64,000 bases of DNA from Macrostomum lignano (Eukaryota), in contig NIVC01000512.1 in the NCBI GenBank assembly GCA_002269645.1, positions 141,967 through 205,966 on the forward strand, in the 5' to 3' direction. Made by a program: the position numbers and the translations under genes. Below the pieces are notes generated by a model, which made no database searches, had not been told where the DNA came from, and worked only from the letters and a program-made list of their open reading frames with translations. Positions 43,136 through 55,100 of this stretch are shown piece after piece. Positions within the stretch are counted from its first letter, which is position 1, and each line of letters opens with the position of its first letter.

Positions 43136-45026
43136 AAACAAAAATTTGAAGCCTGACTTAACTTCCTGAAGATTAGGTAAAAAATATAAAATTTTAAGCT
43201 AAAATACTGTTTTAAAATTTTTTTATTTCCTGTTTAAGTTTTTATATAGCGCCAATTGATGTTGGCGATATTTCAATAGCTCTAATCAAATTATCAACTT
43301 TTATATTACTTAAATAAAATAAATAGTGCTTGAAACAGTTTATAAGCGGATTAAGGGATCTAATTTACTGTTAAATAAAAAGCTTTTTACTGTACTCATC
43401 TCTGTTTGCTTGCATTTACCACAAAGGTCTTATTCTTGTCTTACTTTTTTATTGTTCCTCTGTGTATAGTTAGTGCTTTCTTTACTTATGCTGCCGTGAC
43501 GGCCCACTGAGCGATGTGTTGTGTTTTTTGTATTTGAAATCTCGCGCATTTATTTCATCTTCACACTTCTGACTGTTTAATTCGCTTGTTTGGTTGGCAA
43601 TCATTTTTAAAACACAATTCACAATCACACCACATAGCCTAGCAACAGCTAAAGTTGATTGATTGAATCAACTATCCGAATAATGACTGAAGAAGACGAT
43701 AGTCACTACCAAACGTACCCACAAGGATTTTCAAAAAGAGATGTTTACCAGCTTAAAAAGAAAGCGTTTCTTTTTGGTCGAAAGCGCCTTGATCCAACAC
43801 AAGAGATAGATGAAGCAAATGAAACAGAGGAAACAAAACTAGAACATGGTCGACCTGCCAGTGAGCTTGTCACTTCAAAAGGAATTGCAAAGGAAATTCA
43901 GGTAATGAATTGCATGTATGATGTATATAATATATTCTAAATATAAATTATAAAATCCTAAATTATTTTCATGAACTTGTAATATTTAGTTTATAAAATT
44001 ATAAGATAGGCCTACCATAACAAGGCTATTAAATTGAGTCATTATTTAAATACCTTTTATAATTTTAAAGGTAAGTTAATAGCAAACAATTTTATATTAA
44101 AATATAATTAAAAGTCAAAAGACTCAAAACTAATTTAAATTTTATCATAAAAATGATGTTTATTATCTAAGACTAGGCCTAGTATTAAATACTTTGAGTA
44201 TGTTATAAATAATGTTATTGATATGTAAACTAGCAAATTTGCAATCATAGATAAACAAAACTATATCACTTAGGAGCACAGTGTCTCCCTATATCAATTA
44301 CCTATTCCCCTGGATGGAATTCTTGCAGAAAAATCACAACTTGATGAAAAAATCACCCAATGCGATTTTGCGTCAAAAAATCCAGAAAAAATGTGTCATA
44401 GAATTTCAGACAAAATTGCTAATTCTTAATATATGCAAAAGTGCGCTTGAGATATTGGATTTTGCAAAAGATAATCTTACTAGCTAAGATCACAAAGAAA
44501 AAAAGAATAAAAAGTAAAAACTAAAATAAGGCACAAAAGTAAAAATTTGAAAAAATTCTCTAAAAGTATAAATTTGTAACATTCTCTAACATACGTATTT
44601 GGACGAAAATTCAAATCACTACATTTTCTTAGAATGCATTTTTCGTTATTGTCTTATTGATTACTTTTGCAACATGCTAAGTACCAAAATAAAAAATGCA
44701 ACCAATAAAAATATTTTGTGCACCATAAAAAATCACATAATTCTGTTTGACTTAAGAAATACAAGAATTCTATCCTGGCCTATTCCCAGTGGATATACAG
44801 CTTCTTCACCTCAGCTTGCAGATGCTTTTCTTATAGCTGTTGGAACTAGTGTAATGTGGCCTATTTGAACTCTTCATGGTTTGCAAAAGCAAAACTCCTC
44901 TTGGAAAAGTTAGCTTTTAACCATTTGAATAGAAATTGATTGCATAAATTGAAGTCTAGACTATAAGGACTCTAGCGTAGATTTGCTTGCTTTCTAGCTA
45001 GAAAATCCAAAACAGCCTTATAGGTA

Positions 45027-46054
45027 CTGTGGTAAAGTTACATGTCTAATGAAAAGCAAAATTAAGAACATAAGCACTATCATTTTTTATGCAATATGTT
45101 TTGCCTGGCATCAGGCATTGTCAGGCTCTTAAAATTTAGTTATGATTTTTTTGTATATTTACTTATATTTAGCAATTTAAACAAAAATTGATCAATAAAA
45201 GTCAGAAAATGTATATAAATTAACAGTAGATTGCATAGTCTAGCAGAGTGCTTACAGAGTTACAATAAGGGGGAGAGATGGAGAGAGAGAAAGAGATAAG
45301 TACAAGTGTACACCTAGAATACTCTAAGGAGGGCATTGGCACCATGATTAACATTGGCAAGTTGCTTATTTAGAATTGGTTTATGCAATTTTATGTATAG
45401 GGCTTCAAGCACTTTTATTCTATACTCATTTGAGCACATATGGATGATAGAAAATCTTTTATCAATTTGGCTATCACAGCATTCTTTGCATATTATCAAG
45501 TGGTTGTGCATAGCCCAAATCTTTTGCCTATGTTCTCTACTGTTCACATATAGGTGTTGGGTAGTTTCACCTATGTAGGTGATACTGTGGTTGCTAGAGC
45601 ATTGAAATTGGTAAATGACATCTGCCCATAAGGAGCTATGAATATAGCATTTCAAATTCTTAACTAATTGACCAGTTTTCTTGCAAACAGAAAGTGACCA
45701 TGAGTTTTCACATTTAAATGCTTACTAAATGCTCTGATTAAGGTTCTTTTTAATCATGTTTCCAGTGCCCTCCTTGGAGTGTTCTGGGTGTGCGCTTGTG
45801 CTCATCTCTCTCCCTCTCTCTCTTTTCATCTCTCCTCCTCATTGCAACTCTGTGAGTATTCCACCAGACTATGTAATCTACTATTAATTTATATACATTT
45901 TCTGACTTTTATTGACCCATATTTTTCTAAATTGCTAAATATAAGTAAATAAACAAATAAATTGTAACTAAATTTTAAGAGCCTGACAATGCCTCACACA
46001 AGATGAGGCAAAACATGTCGCATAAAAAAATGATAATGCTCACATTCTTAATTT
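45027..46054 (-). mobile_element. Penelope-like element fragment: GIY-YIG endonuclease ORF with inverted terminal arms and 13-bp TSD
   Basis: ORF 45314..45655 has VIYQFQC..YIGETT.HL...EH...H...C..C...FSII...N....VLEALYIK..KP.LN.QL. Arms about 45057-45342 and 45762-46054 are inverted copies. AGCCTTATAGGTA occurs at 45014-45026 and 46055-46067. Confidence 0.85.
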
Positions 46055-46307
46055 AGCCTTATAGGTATATGGCCATGCGCTGTTCATCTGCCATAGAACC
46101 TTGTCCAGGTGAATTGGATTTGACCAAAGAGTGCACCAAAGGTTGCCAGTGTGTGGGACAAATTCAACAAAATTTTATCAATTGACCTTAGTGTTTGGCA
46201 AAAATTGTGCAAATGAAGACTCATTAATTTTGTGTCAAGGTACTAGCAAAATGATTTTCTTGTCTTAGATAGACTTCTTGGTCAAGGTTGCCCTGGAGTC
46301 CTTTAGT

Positions 46308-46672
46308 TTTTTATTTTTTTATTAGAGGCAGGGGGTGTGTGCACCCTGGCGCACTTTAAGCAACATAGGCACACAACTGGCGAGAGGCATTACTGCCCAT
46401 TCTGTTGACTCTCCTGAGCAGGCATACAAGCGCGCGGATATGTACGCAGGCACACACTCACACAGGAGTGTACAGCGGCCCTAACTTTATTTATCATTAG
46501 GCATATACACTTCACTGCGCCTTGGGGGGTTGGCTCTCAAGGCCATTAATTGCACAAGTAGAGCCAAGCCAAGATTCCAATTCAGCCCTAAATTAATGTG
46601 ATTGCACTTGGAATCGAGCCTGGGTCATTGGCACACCAGAGCAGCTGCGCTACCGCTGGGCTACTGCCCCCC
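46308..46672 (-). mobile_element. tRNA-derived SINE with A-rich tail and ~18-bp TSD
   Basis: Minus strand starts GGGGGGCAGTAGCCCAGCGGTAGCGC (A box), then GGCTCGATTCC (B box, 46620-46610); ends in AAAAAAATAAAAAA. Flanked by TGCCCTGGAGTCCT(T)TAGT at 46289-46307 and 46673-46690. Confidence 0.8.
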
Positions 46673-49140
46673 TGCCCTGGAGTCCTTAGTTGGTAATGAT
46701 TGTCTACCTTGCTGCCTTTGCCATCTAGGTTGAGCCAGGTCTTATCATCAACAACCAGGCAGTTTAGGGTGTCATCTAAGCCCTGGCTGCTAAACACCTT
46801 GTGGATCTGCTTGGTGCAGGTGTCTTGTTGGGATTTATGGTGATTTTTGTAATTTTGTTTGCTGTATAGACAAGAGTTCATTGTGCTATTGTGTCAGAAA
46901 GTTAAAAGAATGATTTTTCTTGAATCAGCTGCTTTTTGTTTACTTGCTAACTCTGCTTAGCAAATTCTTGTGATAAGCCAGGCCATAAATATCCTATGCA
47001 CATCTGGAATGCACTGGTATTGCTTCACTAAATATACTTTGCAGCTACACTACCCACTAGTGCATATGCCTAATATATTTCACTATTTTTACTAATAGGG
47101 TTTATTACTATTCAATGTCATTTCTTGACTTATTTCAAACTCAGTCTTGAGCCAATTACCTTCTAACTATTCAAAACTGGAAACTCTGCCTGAATCTGCA
47201 TTGGTCATGTGATCCCAATTAGTGCATGCATATTTTTTTACCTTTCAGACAAGTGTGCATTTAGCTAACCATCTGATTCGTATTATTGCTTTCCCCTTTT
47301 ATTTGAGTTGGACAAGTTGATGATTTCTATTGATCTATAGAGCTAATCGTGTTCCAGGAAGATCTACAAGGCAGACTGGCTGGTAGGGGTAGGCTTTGGA
47401 CAGGATGCGGTTTTACTGCAAGTACAAGTAGCCACACTAGTGCATTCCAGTCCAGTCCTGAACACTTGGTAAATGGTGACCTTACACAGCTGCAATCTGC
47501 ACCGATGGAGAGCGGCCGAACCAATGCCCCCCTGTGCGATTGATCATGCATAGTAACCAATGTATTGCTATATCTTAGGGGCGATGGGGAAGCGTTGAAA
47601 GCTTTGGATGCTGGCGCGAATGAACACACCGGATGTGACTGCCCCCACTGCGCTCTGTACATGCCCCGCCCGCTCCCACTATCTGTCTCTCTCTGTCCCT
47701 AGTCTCTCTCTGCGCACATTTCAGTCCTTCCTGCTGCTTCCAATAATAAAATCCCAGTCCGAGTCCCGTTCTGAAGGCGCCGCTGATGGGGAGGGAGTGG
47801 GAGGATCTGGCGAAGGAAAAGTGCACAAAGAAGACTTGAAGGGGAAGCGGGTGAGTTGCTGACTGTGTGAGTAGGGTAGAGCCGGCTTTTTCTAGGCTTC
47901 CCGCACCCAAGTTCTCGCGCCGCCTCTCGCTTAATTTTCTCCCAACTTCGGCCTACGCAATTTCTTCCCATTTTAGCTGGACTGTTTCAGTATCCTTCGC
48001 GCAGTGTTTTCCTCCTCCTGTATTTCTCTATCCGCCTTTCTGAACCGGAATTCGTTTGTAGACACAGAAACAGGTCTGCGCAATAAGGCCGAACGCGCGC
48101 AGAGTGTAGCAAATGTGGCGTAAAAACATTCTTGCAAGATAATGTCTTAAACTCGAAAAAGCAGATTTAACTGCAGATTTGGCGAGCAGTTGAACAATCC
48201 GGCACCGCCATAGCGGTGGTCATTTATTCTGATCTGGTTTAGCCCGGTTTGGGGTATGAAGTGCATTCCGCGTACCCGCTCAAGTACACACGTACTAGTC
48301 GCACTTAAGAATTTTCTCACGCATACGTCTTTAATAGTGCTTTGCGTTGCTGCTCTTTATATTCTAGCTTGTGCTTGGACCTGAAATAACTCGCTCTCAC
48401 GAATGTGGTACGGCTGTCAATTTAGCTATTTGAATTTCTTCATTATTTAAATATATCAATTTGCCGTTACTGGCCTCAGATACTGATTTGTCTGAGCCTT
48501 TGCCATTCGCATTAAAATATTCGTTATTAACGAAATCATCTTTTTCTGTTTCCAATCGGAACAAATTTGTTTCAGTCATATTTTTGGCGATTAAATTCGT
48601 TTGATGCAGTGAAACCAGTTTGCACGTAGCATTTTAAAAGCTGATTGATTTTAACTGAAAGACAGAGGAAACCCGTGTGAATTAGAATCTGAGCCTTAAC
48701 TGATATTAGACACTAACTAACAGTTTGCTAACTTAGTCCAAATCATGTTTTAGTTGTGCCATGATTTTCGTTTTTGTTTCCAAATGAGAGTCAAATTTCA
48801 ATTGATTTGCTTTTTTCTACTAAACGTCGGTCATAAAAATATCTTTAAATTGTTAGGTAGACGTCTTGTAGTAGACAGGTAAATTTTGCGCACTCTTGAA
48901 CACAAAACCCATCTGGCTATGCGATTGACTACAGGCCAGGTGAAATCTGCATCTTTAAAGCAAAATTAGCAACTCTATTTCTATCGTATTGTCTGTTCTG
49001 AAGATCTATTCATATCAAAGCTTGCAGATTCAATAGCTTGATTATTTGGCTTAATGCATTCGAAAGCCTATTATCTATAGATTAACCAATGAAAATGCCG
49101 CATCCCCTCTTGTCAGCACCAACTGGCTTCCGAATCAGCG

Positions 49141-52100
49141 ATGGCCTCGGCTGTCAGCGATGTCACAGCGGCAGTTGCTGCCGAGGCCTCGTCATCGGAG
49201 TCGCAGGTCAGGGCCCGGCGCAAATCGGCCGAATCCGGCCGGGCTCGGACCGCCTCGGCGACCGATGCCGACTCGGACGGCGGCCGACCCGGCGGCAAGC
49301 GCTCCTCTGTGCGCCAGTTTTTTGACAATTTCCGGCCGCGCGCCCGTTCGGAGAATCCCCGCTCGATGTCGTCGCCAAAGCGTCGGGCTCATTCCGGCGA
49401 TGCGGACGGCGAGACCAGCGACGTTGAAGCTTCGGCTACGCTTGGCGTCAAGAAGCGCTCAAAGAGTCCTATGGGCAGCCTGGTGAACCGGCTGAAGCTT
49501 CTGGCTACTGACACTGGTGAACGGCGGCGTCGTGGCGGCGGCATCCCGCCAGTCCAGGGGCTGCCGCACCCAAGCGACATTCCTCTGGACACGGCCTACT
49601 TGGCACACAGCCACTCCATGGAGAGCGGCGGGGACGAGCGACGAGTTCGTTTAAGAAAGGTCAGTCCCAGCTCATTGTATCATCCATGTAATCGTCAATA
49701 GTGTCGCTAAGTCAAGTTTTCAGTAACCCCGGAGTCTGACCACTTCATGCCTTCAGCTCTTTAATCTAGGTAGATCTTTAAGCGCTCTTCCGCCCATTTG
49801 TTTGATAAGCAAAGCGCAAGTCGCGAGGACCAGTGAACTTTGGGTCTGTTGCGAATATTCTTTTAAACCACTTTAAAGCTCACTTTCAGGGAGGTTATTG
49901 ACATAGATTTTATTTTGCAGGATTTAATCGATCACTTTCCCGGACATATTGCAAGGATTATTGTATGTATCTAAATATGCGAGCTTCTCTCTTCTCTTCC
50001 TTCGTGACTCGAGAAATTTCTTAATGAAAATTTGTCTATGGTAAGAATGTGGGGGCTTTGCCCCCCACACACCCAGCAGGGGCTTCGCCCCCACACCCCC
50101 ATCCCCAACTTCAACCATAGACATACAAGTATGGCTCCGGGATTTATCTGAATACATCCCGCAAAATTAAAGTAGTTCAATTATACGTATTATACGTTAT
50201 TATACGTAACCATGACAGAAATATGTCTATGTCCCTTTAAGCTACTGACCCCAGACTTTTCTTAAACGCTGTCGGCCTAATTCAATTTTTCTTGCAATTC
50301 GCGTGGTCGGTCTTTTCCTATTACAATGCACTGAGAGTGGCCTATCTAGGGAATATAAGATCTATGACTTTTACCCATAGATATTTGATGACGCTTCGCA
50401 CATTTCGAATTTACGTGCTAATACTGTATCCTTTAGCAGGCAAGCTTGAGAATCTGCAACTGTGGTTTGCCAGTATTTTTTATTTTATTACGAGCTAATC
50501 CCCGACATGACCCAGTCAATAATACATGGTATGCATTGTATACTGTAATTAAGCCAACAGAGCAAGATTGCAACAGCTATGGGGTATAGGAATTGTTTAA
50601 GGCAGACCTCACGTCTACATTTCATGTATCTGAAAATCACAAAAATGCATGACACAGCTCCAATATTTGCTTTTATGAACCTGTTTTATCATCTCTGTTA
50701 CGAATATTTGCTAAACAGTCAGTTAAGAATGATAAAATAGACTTCTAAAACCAAAGAGCCGAGCCGTGGCATTCTAATGTATTTCAATCACAAGACACGT
50801 GAAAATATACGGAGAATAAAAAATTTACATAGAATCCTAATTTTCTGAACGAAAAGCTTTATAAATATCGATAGAGCAATAAAAAAGGCACAACATATCA
50901 AAAGATGAGCACTGGATCCGCCTCCTATCAAAAGTAATAGCAATCTTTGTGCTGAAAAAATGAAAATTTCCTATCTCCGTAGTGTATTTTTTCGGGAAAA
51001 AGTGCCTTCAAAAATTTTCTAAGAAACGAGATTTCCCGTCCTTCTACTTAAGTCGTCCTTGATACGAGCTATATAGCCTCGCACTTCACGGCCATAGACA
51101 ACTGTTTGATGGTTTAAGGCTGCGCCATTCCTAATAATTAATTATTATAGTTCAAGGCCATAGGAAACTTTTGAGGGGGAGCATTGTACTATTTTAAGGG
51201 TGATTGTACTATTTAAAGTAGGTGTTCCGCCCATTGAGCGGTGTCTGCTGTGACAAGGAAAATAGAGCCGGGAAGAATATGCTATCAATCAATCAATCAA
51301 TCAATCAATTAATTAATCAATCAGTCAGTCAGTCAACCAACCAATCAATCAATCAACGGTATCGAATACTGTTGACATAATACGAGCGTAGTTTAGAACA
51401 ATTTGGCAGAATTTTTGTGGATAATAAAAAATTTGTCATAGTTAACATTCTAGCATAGCAATCAATATTTCTTTTTAGATAAAAAATAAACTATTGAGCA
51501 AAAAAAATTTGCAGACTATTTCAGCTGACGATGCGTTCAATCCAGGGGTGAGGTGCTGCTCATGATTATTGATTCTACACCCTTTGTTGTACGCTCGCTG
51601 AGATGCCTTTCACTTTTTCATATTAAATTCCTGTCTTTTTTAGTTTTCATTCGCATAATGCCTTTTAATATTTCAATGTGTGCTCATGCTCGTGGCCTTG
51701 CTGATGCACCGTAAAGTTTTTTGAACCAACAGTTGATTCTTTATGTTTGATGCACTTAAATAGCTCGTACCCTACAAATTTACCTACTAACCCAATGTTG
51801 TAATCATAGTACAGATGCATGCCTGTATTTCGGCATGAGATTAAAGATTGACGTCATGCTTAGCCGCTAGGGCGGCAGGTAACTTCGAAACTACGTTTCT
51901 TTGTTGCATAGTCGCTTGACATCCAGGTCGCTTGACATCCAGGTCGCTTGACATCTAGATCACTTGACATCCAGGTCGCTTGACATCCAGGTCGCTTGAC
52001 ATCCAGATCACTTGACATCCAAGGTCGCTTGACACCCAGATCACTTGACATCCAGGTCATTTAGTTTAGTATCCAGATCACTAAATATCCAGATCTAGGT

Positions 52101-55100
52101 CGCTTGACATCCAGGTCGCTTGACATCCAGGTCGCTTTACATCCAGGTCGCTTGACATCCAGGTCGCTTGACATACAGGTCGTTTTAGTATCCAGATCAC
52201 TTAATATCCATATCCAGTTCACTTTACATCCAGTTCACTTTACATCCAGGTCGCTTTACATCCAGGTTGCTTGACATCCAGGACGCTTGACATCCAGGTC
52301 GCTTAATATCCAGATCTAGGTCGCTTGACATCCAGGTCGCTTAATATCCAGATCTAGGTCGCTTGACATCCAGGTCTATACGTTTCTCAGGTCGTCTGGG
52401 TTCCTCTTGCATTTGGAAATGACCGAAGTAGAATATCCCATTCAAAGCTAAAGCCGTTGTTAAAAAACCGCACCGCAGTACAGACGTCAATTGTCCACCG
52501 AGGGACTTGCCCGCATGGACTGAAAATTCATTGTTTCTATTTGTTGCAACTCATTGAGTCGCACGCACGTAACTATTTACTCGTATATATAACTAAAAAT
52601 AATACTAAAAATTGAACTTTATACTCATTTTATTGTTATTTTATTTCCGTCATGTATATCTTATAATTAGCTTATAATATATTAATCGAAGGTATAAATT
52701 ATGTCATTTCATTTAATACTCATCTTAATTCTCTGCAGAATTCCTACCCTCCGAATACGGCAAGCGTACAGCTGAGGCATAAAGATCTGTTTGAAAATCT
52801 TAGCCACACTGCTGACATTGATGGTAAGTGTTGACTTGTTTTTATATTTTTCACATACTACTTTCCTGCTGTTGTTAGTAGTGTCTAAATATTTTTGCCC
52901 AAAATAGTTTGTTATGAATTGTTAAAAATGAATTTTTTGGATCACAAGCAAAAGTTGCTCTTAGAGTGTAGCCTTTGAATGACGAATTATTTTTTTGTAA
53001 ATTCTGTTCCAACTGGTCTAAACTAGCAATAAGTACATCTTTGTACTTTTACTTGTACTTTACTTGATCTGGCTGGGCGATTTATTTGTGGCCCAATAAT
53101 TGGAGCAGCTTGTACAGTGCAAGCTTGTTATAAATCTGCGAGTGTACAATGTGTAGGTTTGGTATAAATGTAATGAAATCGAAATTAAATACCAGCTGGA
53201 GTGTTTGCGCATTGCTGTGTTGCATGCTACTTATGTGTTTGGTATTTCCACCGTTTCACCTCCGATCTCCAACTGCTCATTAGTAGACTCTCCGTCAGTC
53301 AGTACATTGGGCCCCTATACCTCGCCGTACCCGTGTGACGACTGACGGAAAAGTAGTTAGTCATTTAAAAAAAGTATTCAGAGAACGAAAACAGTGACAG
53401 TGTAAAAACGCATTTTTGTTATAATAAACCAACTTACTTAAGTCACCATTTAATAATAGAGAAGGGGTAGCAAAATGTTTTATTGTTAATTAGACCAACT
53501 AGCGACCATTGGCCATGTCATAATTCGTTTTAGGTAGGCAGGTGGGTGCTGCTGAATCTTATGGGAACACATTTGCCCTCTCCGCCACGTGGTTAAGCTT
53601 TAATGTGAATGTACATCAAATGTAGATATAAATATATATCAACCCTTGATGGCCCTCAGCTAGTGGCTCCTGCTGTGACTCAGGCCAGGTTAAACTGATC
53701 AGTGTACATTACTGAGCCCCGCACCCACCACCCCACACTCTCTCGCTCCTTCTACCCCCCCCCCCAGCCCCCAGGTCCCAAACCCCCAAAAGCCGAAGAA
53801 GGCCGCCAAATTCCAACACTCCAGTTTGCGCAGCACCCACCCCCGACCGTCACTCTTGTGTCTGCTTCACCCCGTCCACTTTTTATCCGTCTTAAACAGA
53901 CGAAATGACAATTCTACTTTTCTCCACGCAGCAAGCAGTCTTCTATTTTTTCATGCTTCTTGCAGTCCTTGCTTGCTTTTACTAAACTCGCTAGTTAGAC
54001 TAGCTTGTGACTAACTTAACTCGCAAAGTTGAACCTGTAAAAATAACAACCAACCGTAAGTATTGTATCCAATCCAATTATTATCTACTAATTAAGCTTA
54101 TAGCTTAACTATTAATATTACTAATATTGGAATTAATTTACCCGGGACTGATGAGTCAAATCAATGAAGCAAGCCTTCAAATAACTCTTCCTATCCTATC
54201 TTCTGCAGGCCAGTGCTGCATTCAATCAGCAACAGCCATGGCAGAGTCGCGTCACCGCCGAATGTCCGGTCCCTCAGCGGAGATGGCATCTCAGTTTCGT
54301 AAAACACAACAACAGCAGCAGCAACAACAGCAGCATCAGCGAACTTGGACAGGACCAGCGGCTGCGATGAGGCATCGCGCTGCCACTTTGGCTGCCGATA
54401 CAGTCTCCGGCTCGGCTGCATCTGGTGCAGTCGGCGGGAGCAGCCAGGACGTTCAGGTCACCGAGAATGACAAGTACATCATATTTCGGTCAAAGTGTCA
54501 GGGCGACAGCTCTACTGTGGATGTTGACGAGGTGAAACTTAGTTTAAATTGTACAGCATCAGGGTCCAGTCTCACGCGTGACAAATCCCCAGCATCAGGT
54601 CCAGTCTCACCCGTGACAAATCCCCAGCATCAGGTCCAGTCTCACCCGTGACAAATCCCCAGCATCAGGTCCAGTCTCACCCGTGACAAATCCCCAGCAT
54701 CAGGTCCAGTCTCACCCGTGACAAATCCCCAGCATCAGGTCCAGTCTCACCCGTGACAAATCCCCAGCATCAGGTCCAGTCTCACCCGTGACAAATCCCC
54801 AGCATCAGGTCCAGTCTCACCCGTGCCAAATCCCCAGCATTAGGTCCAGTCTCACCCGTGACAAATCCCCAGCATCAGGTCCAGTCTCACCCGAGCCAAA
54901 TCCTCAGCATCAGGTCCAGTCTTACTTTATCCAATCCCACCCCACTAAACGAGTCCCGTCCTCAGTAAGCAAGTCCCGTCCTCACTAAGCGAGTCCAGTT
55001 CGCACTAAGCGCCAGCGAGTCCTATCCCCACTAAGCAAGTCCCGCCGACCCACGCGCCGCCCCGCCGCAGGTGCGCCAAGCCACAGTATCGGAGCCGAGC

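Larger units (their letters stand above)
44740..46950 (-). mobile_element. Degenerate mariner (Tc1/mariner) transposase, split into three pieces by two insertions
   Basis: CLVVDDKTWL (cf. IVTGDETW), LRTPGQP*PR, FLPNTKVN, VLWQMNSAWPYTYKAVLDFL (cf. HHDNARPHT), SPYSLDFNLCNQFLFKWLK (cf. PPYSPDLAPCDFFLF.KLK), KKLYIHWE. The frame is restored locally when the insertions plus one TSD copy are removed. Confidence 0.75.

Noticed and set aside
43659-43940. ORF with YP.GFSK...LKKKAFLF resembling the N-terminus of Ginger/Gypsy-type integrases
   Set aside because: No H2C2 zinc finger or DDE core could be traced downstream; too weak to call.
46600-46672. tRNA gene
   Set aside because: A and B boxes are present but there is no closing acceptor stem or clean anticodon arm; it is the head of a SINE with tail and TSD.
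50050-50110. GGGGCTTCGCCCC hairpin pair typical of some non-autonomous DNA transposon interiors
   Set aside because: Element boundaries and TIRs could not be defined.
53288-53352. Inverted repeat TCCGTCAGTC...GACTGACGGA
   Set aside because: Only 10 bp of stem, no Helitron-type CTRR end or second copy; compatible with chance.
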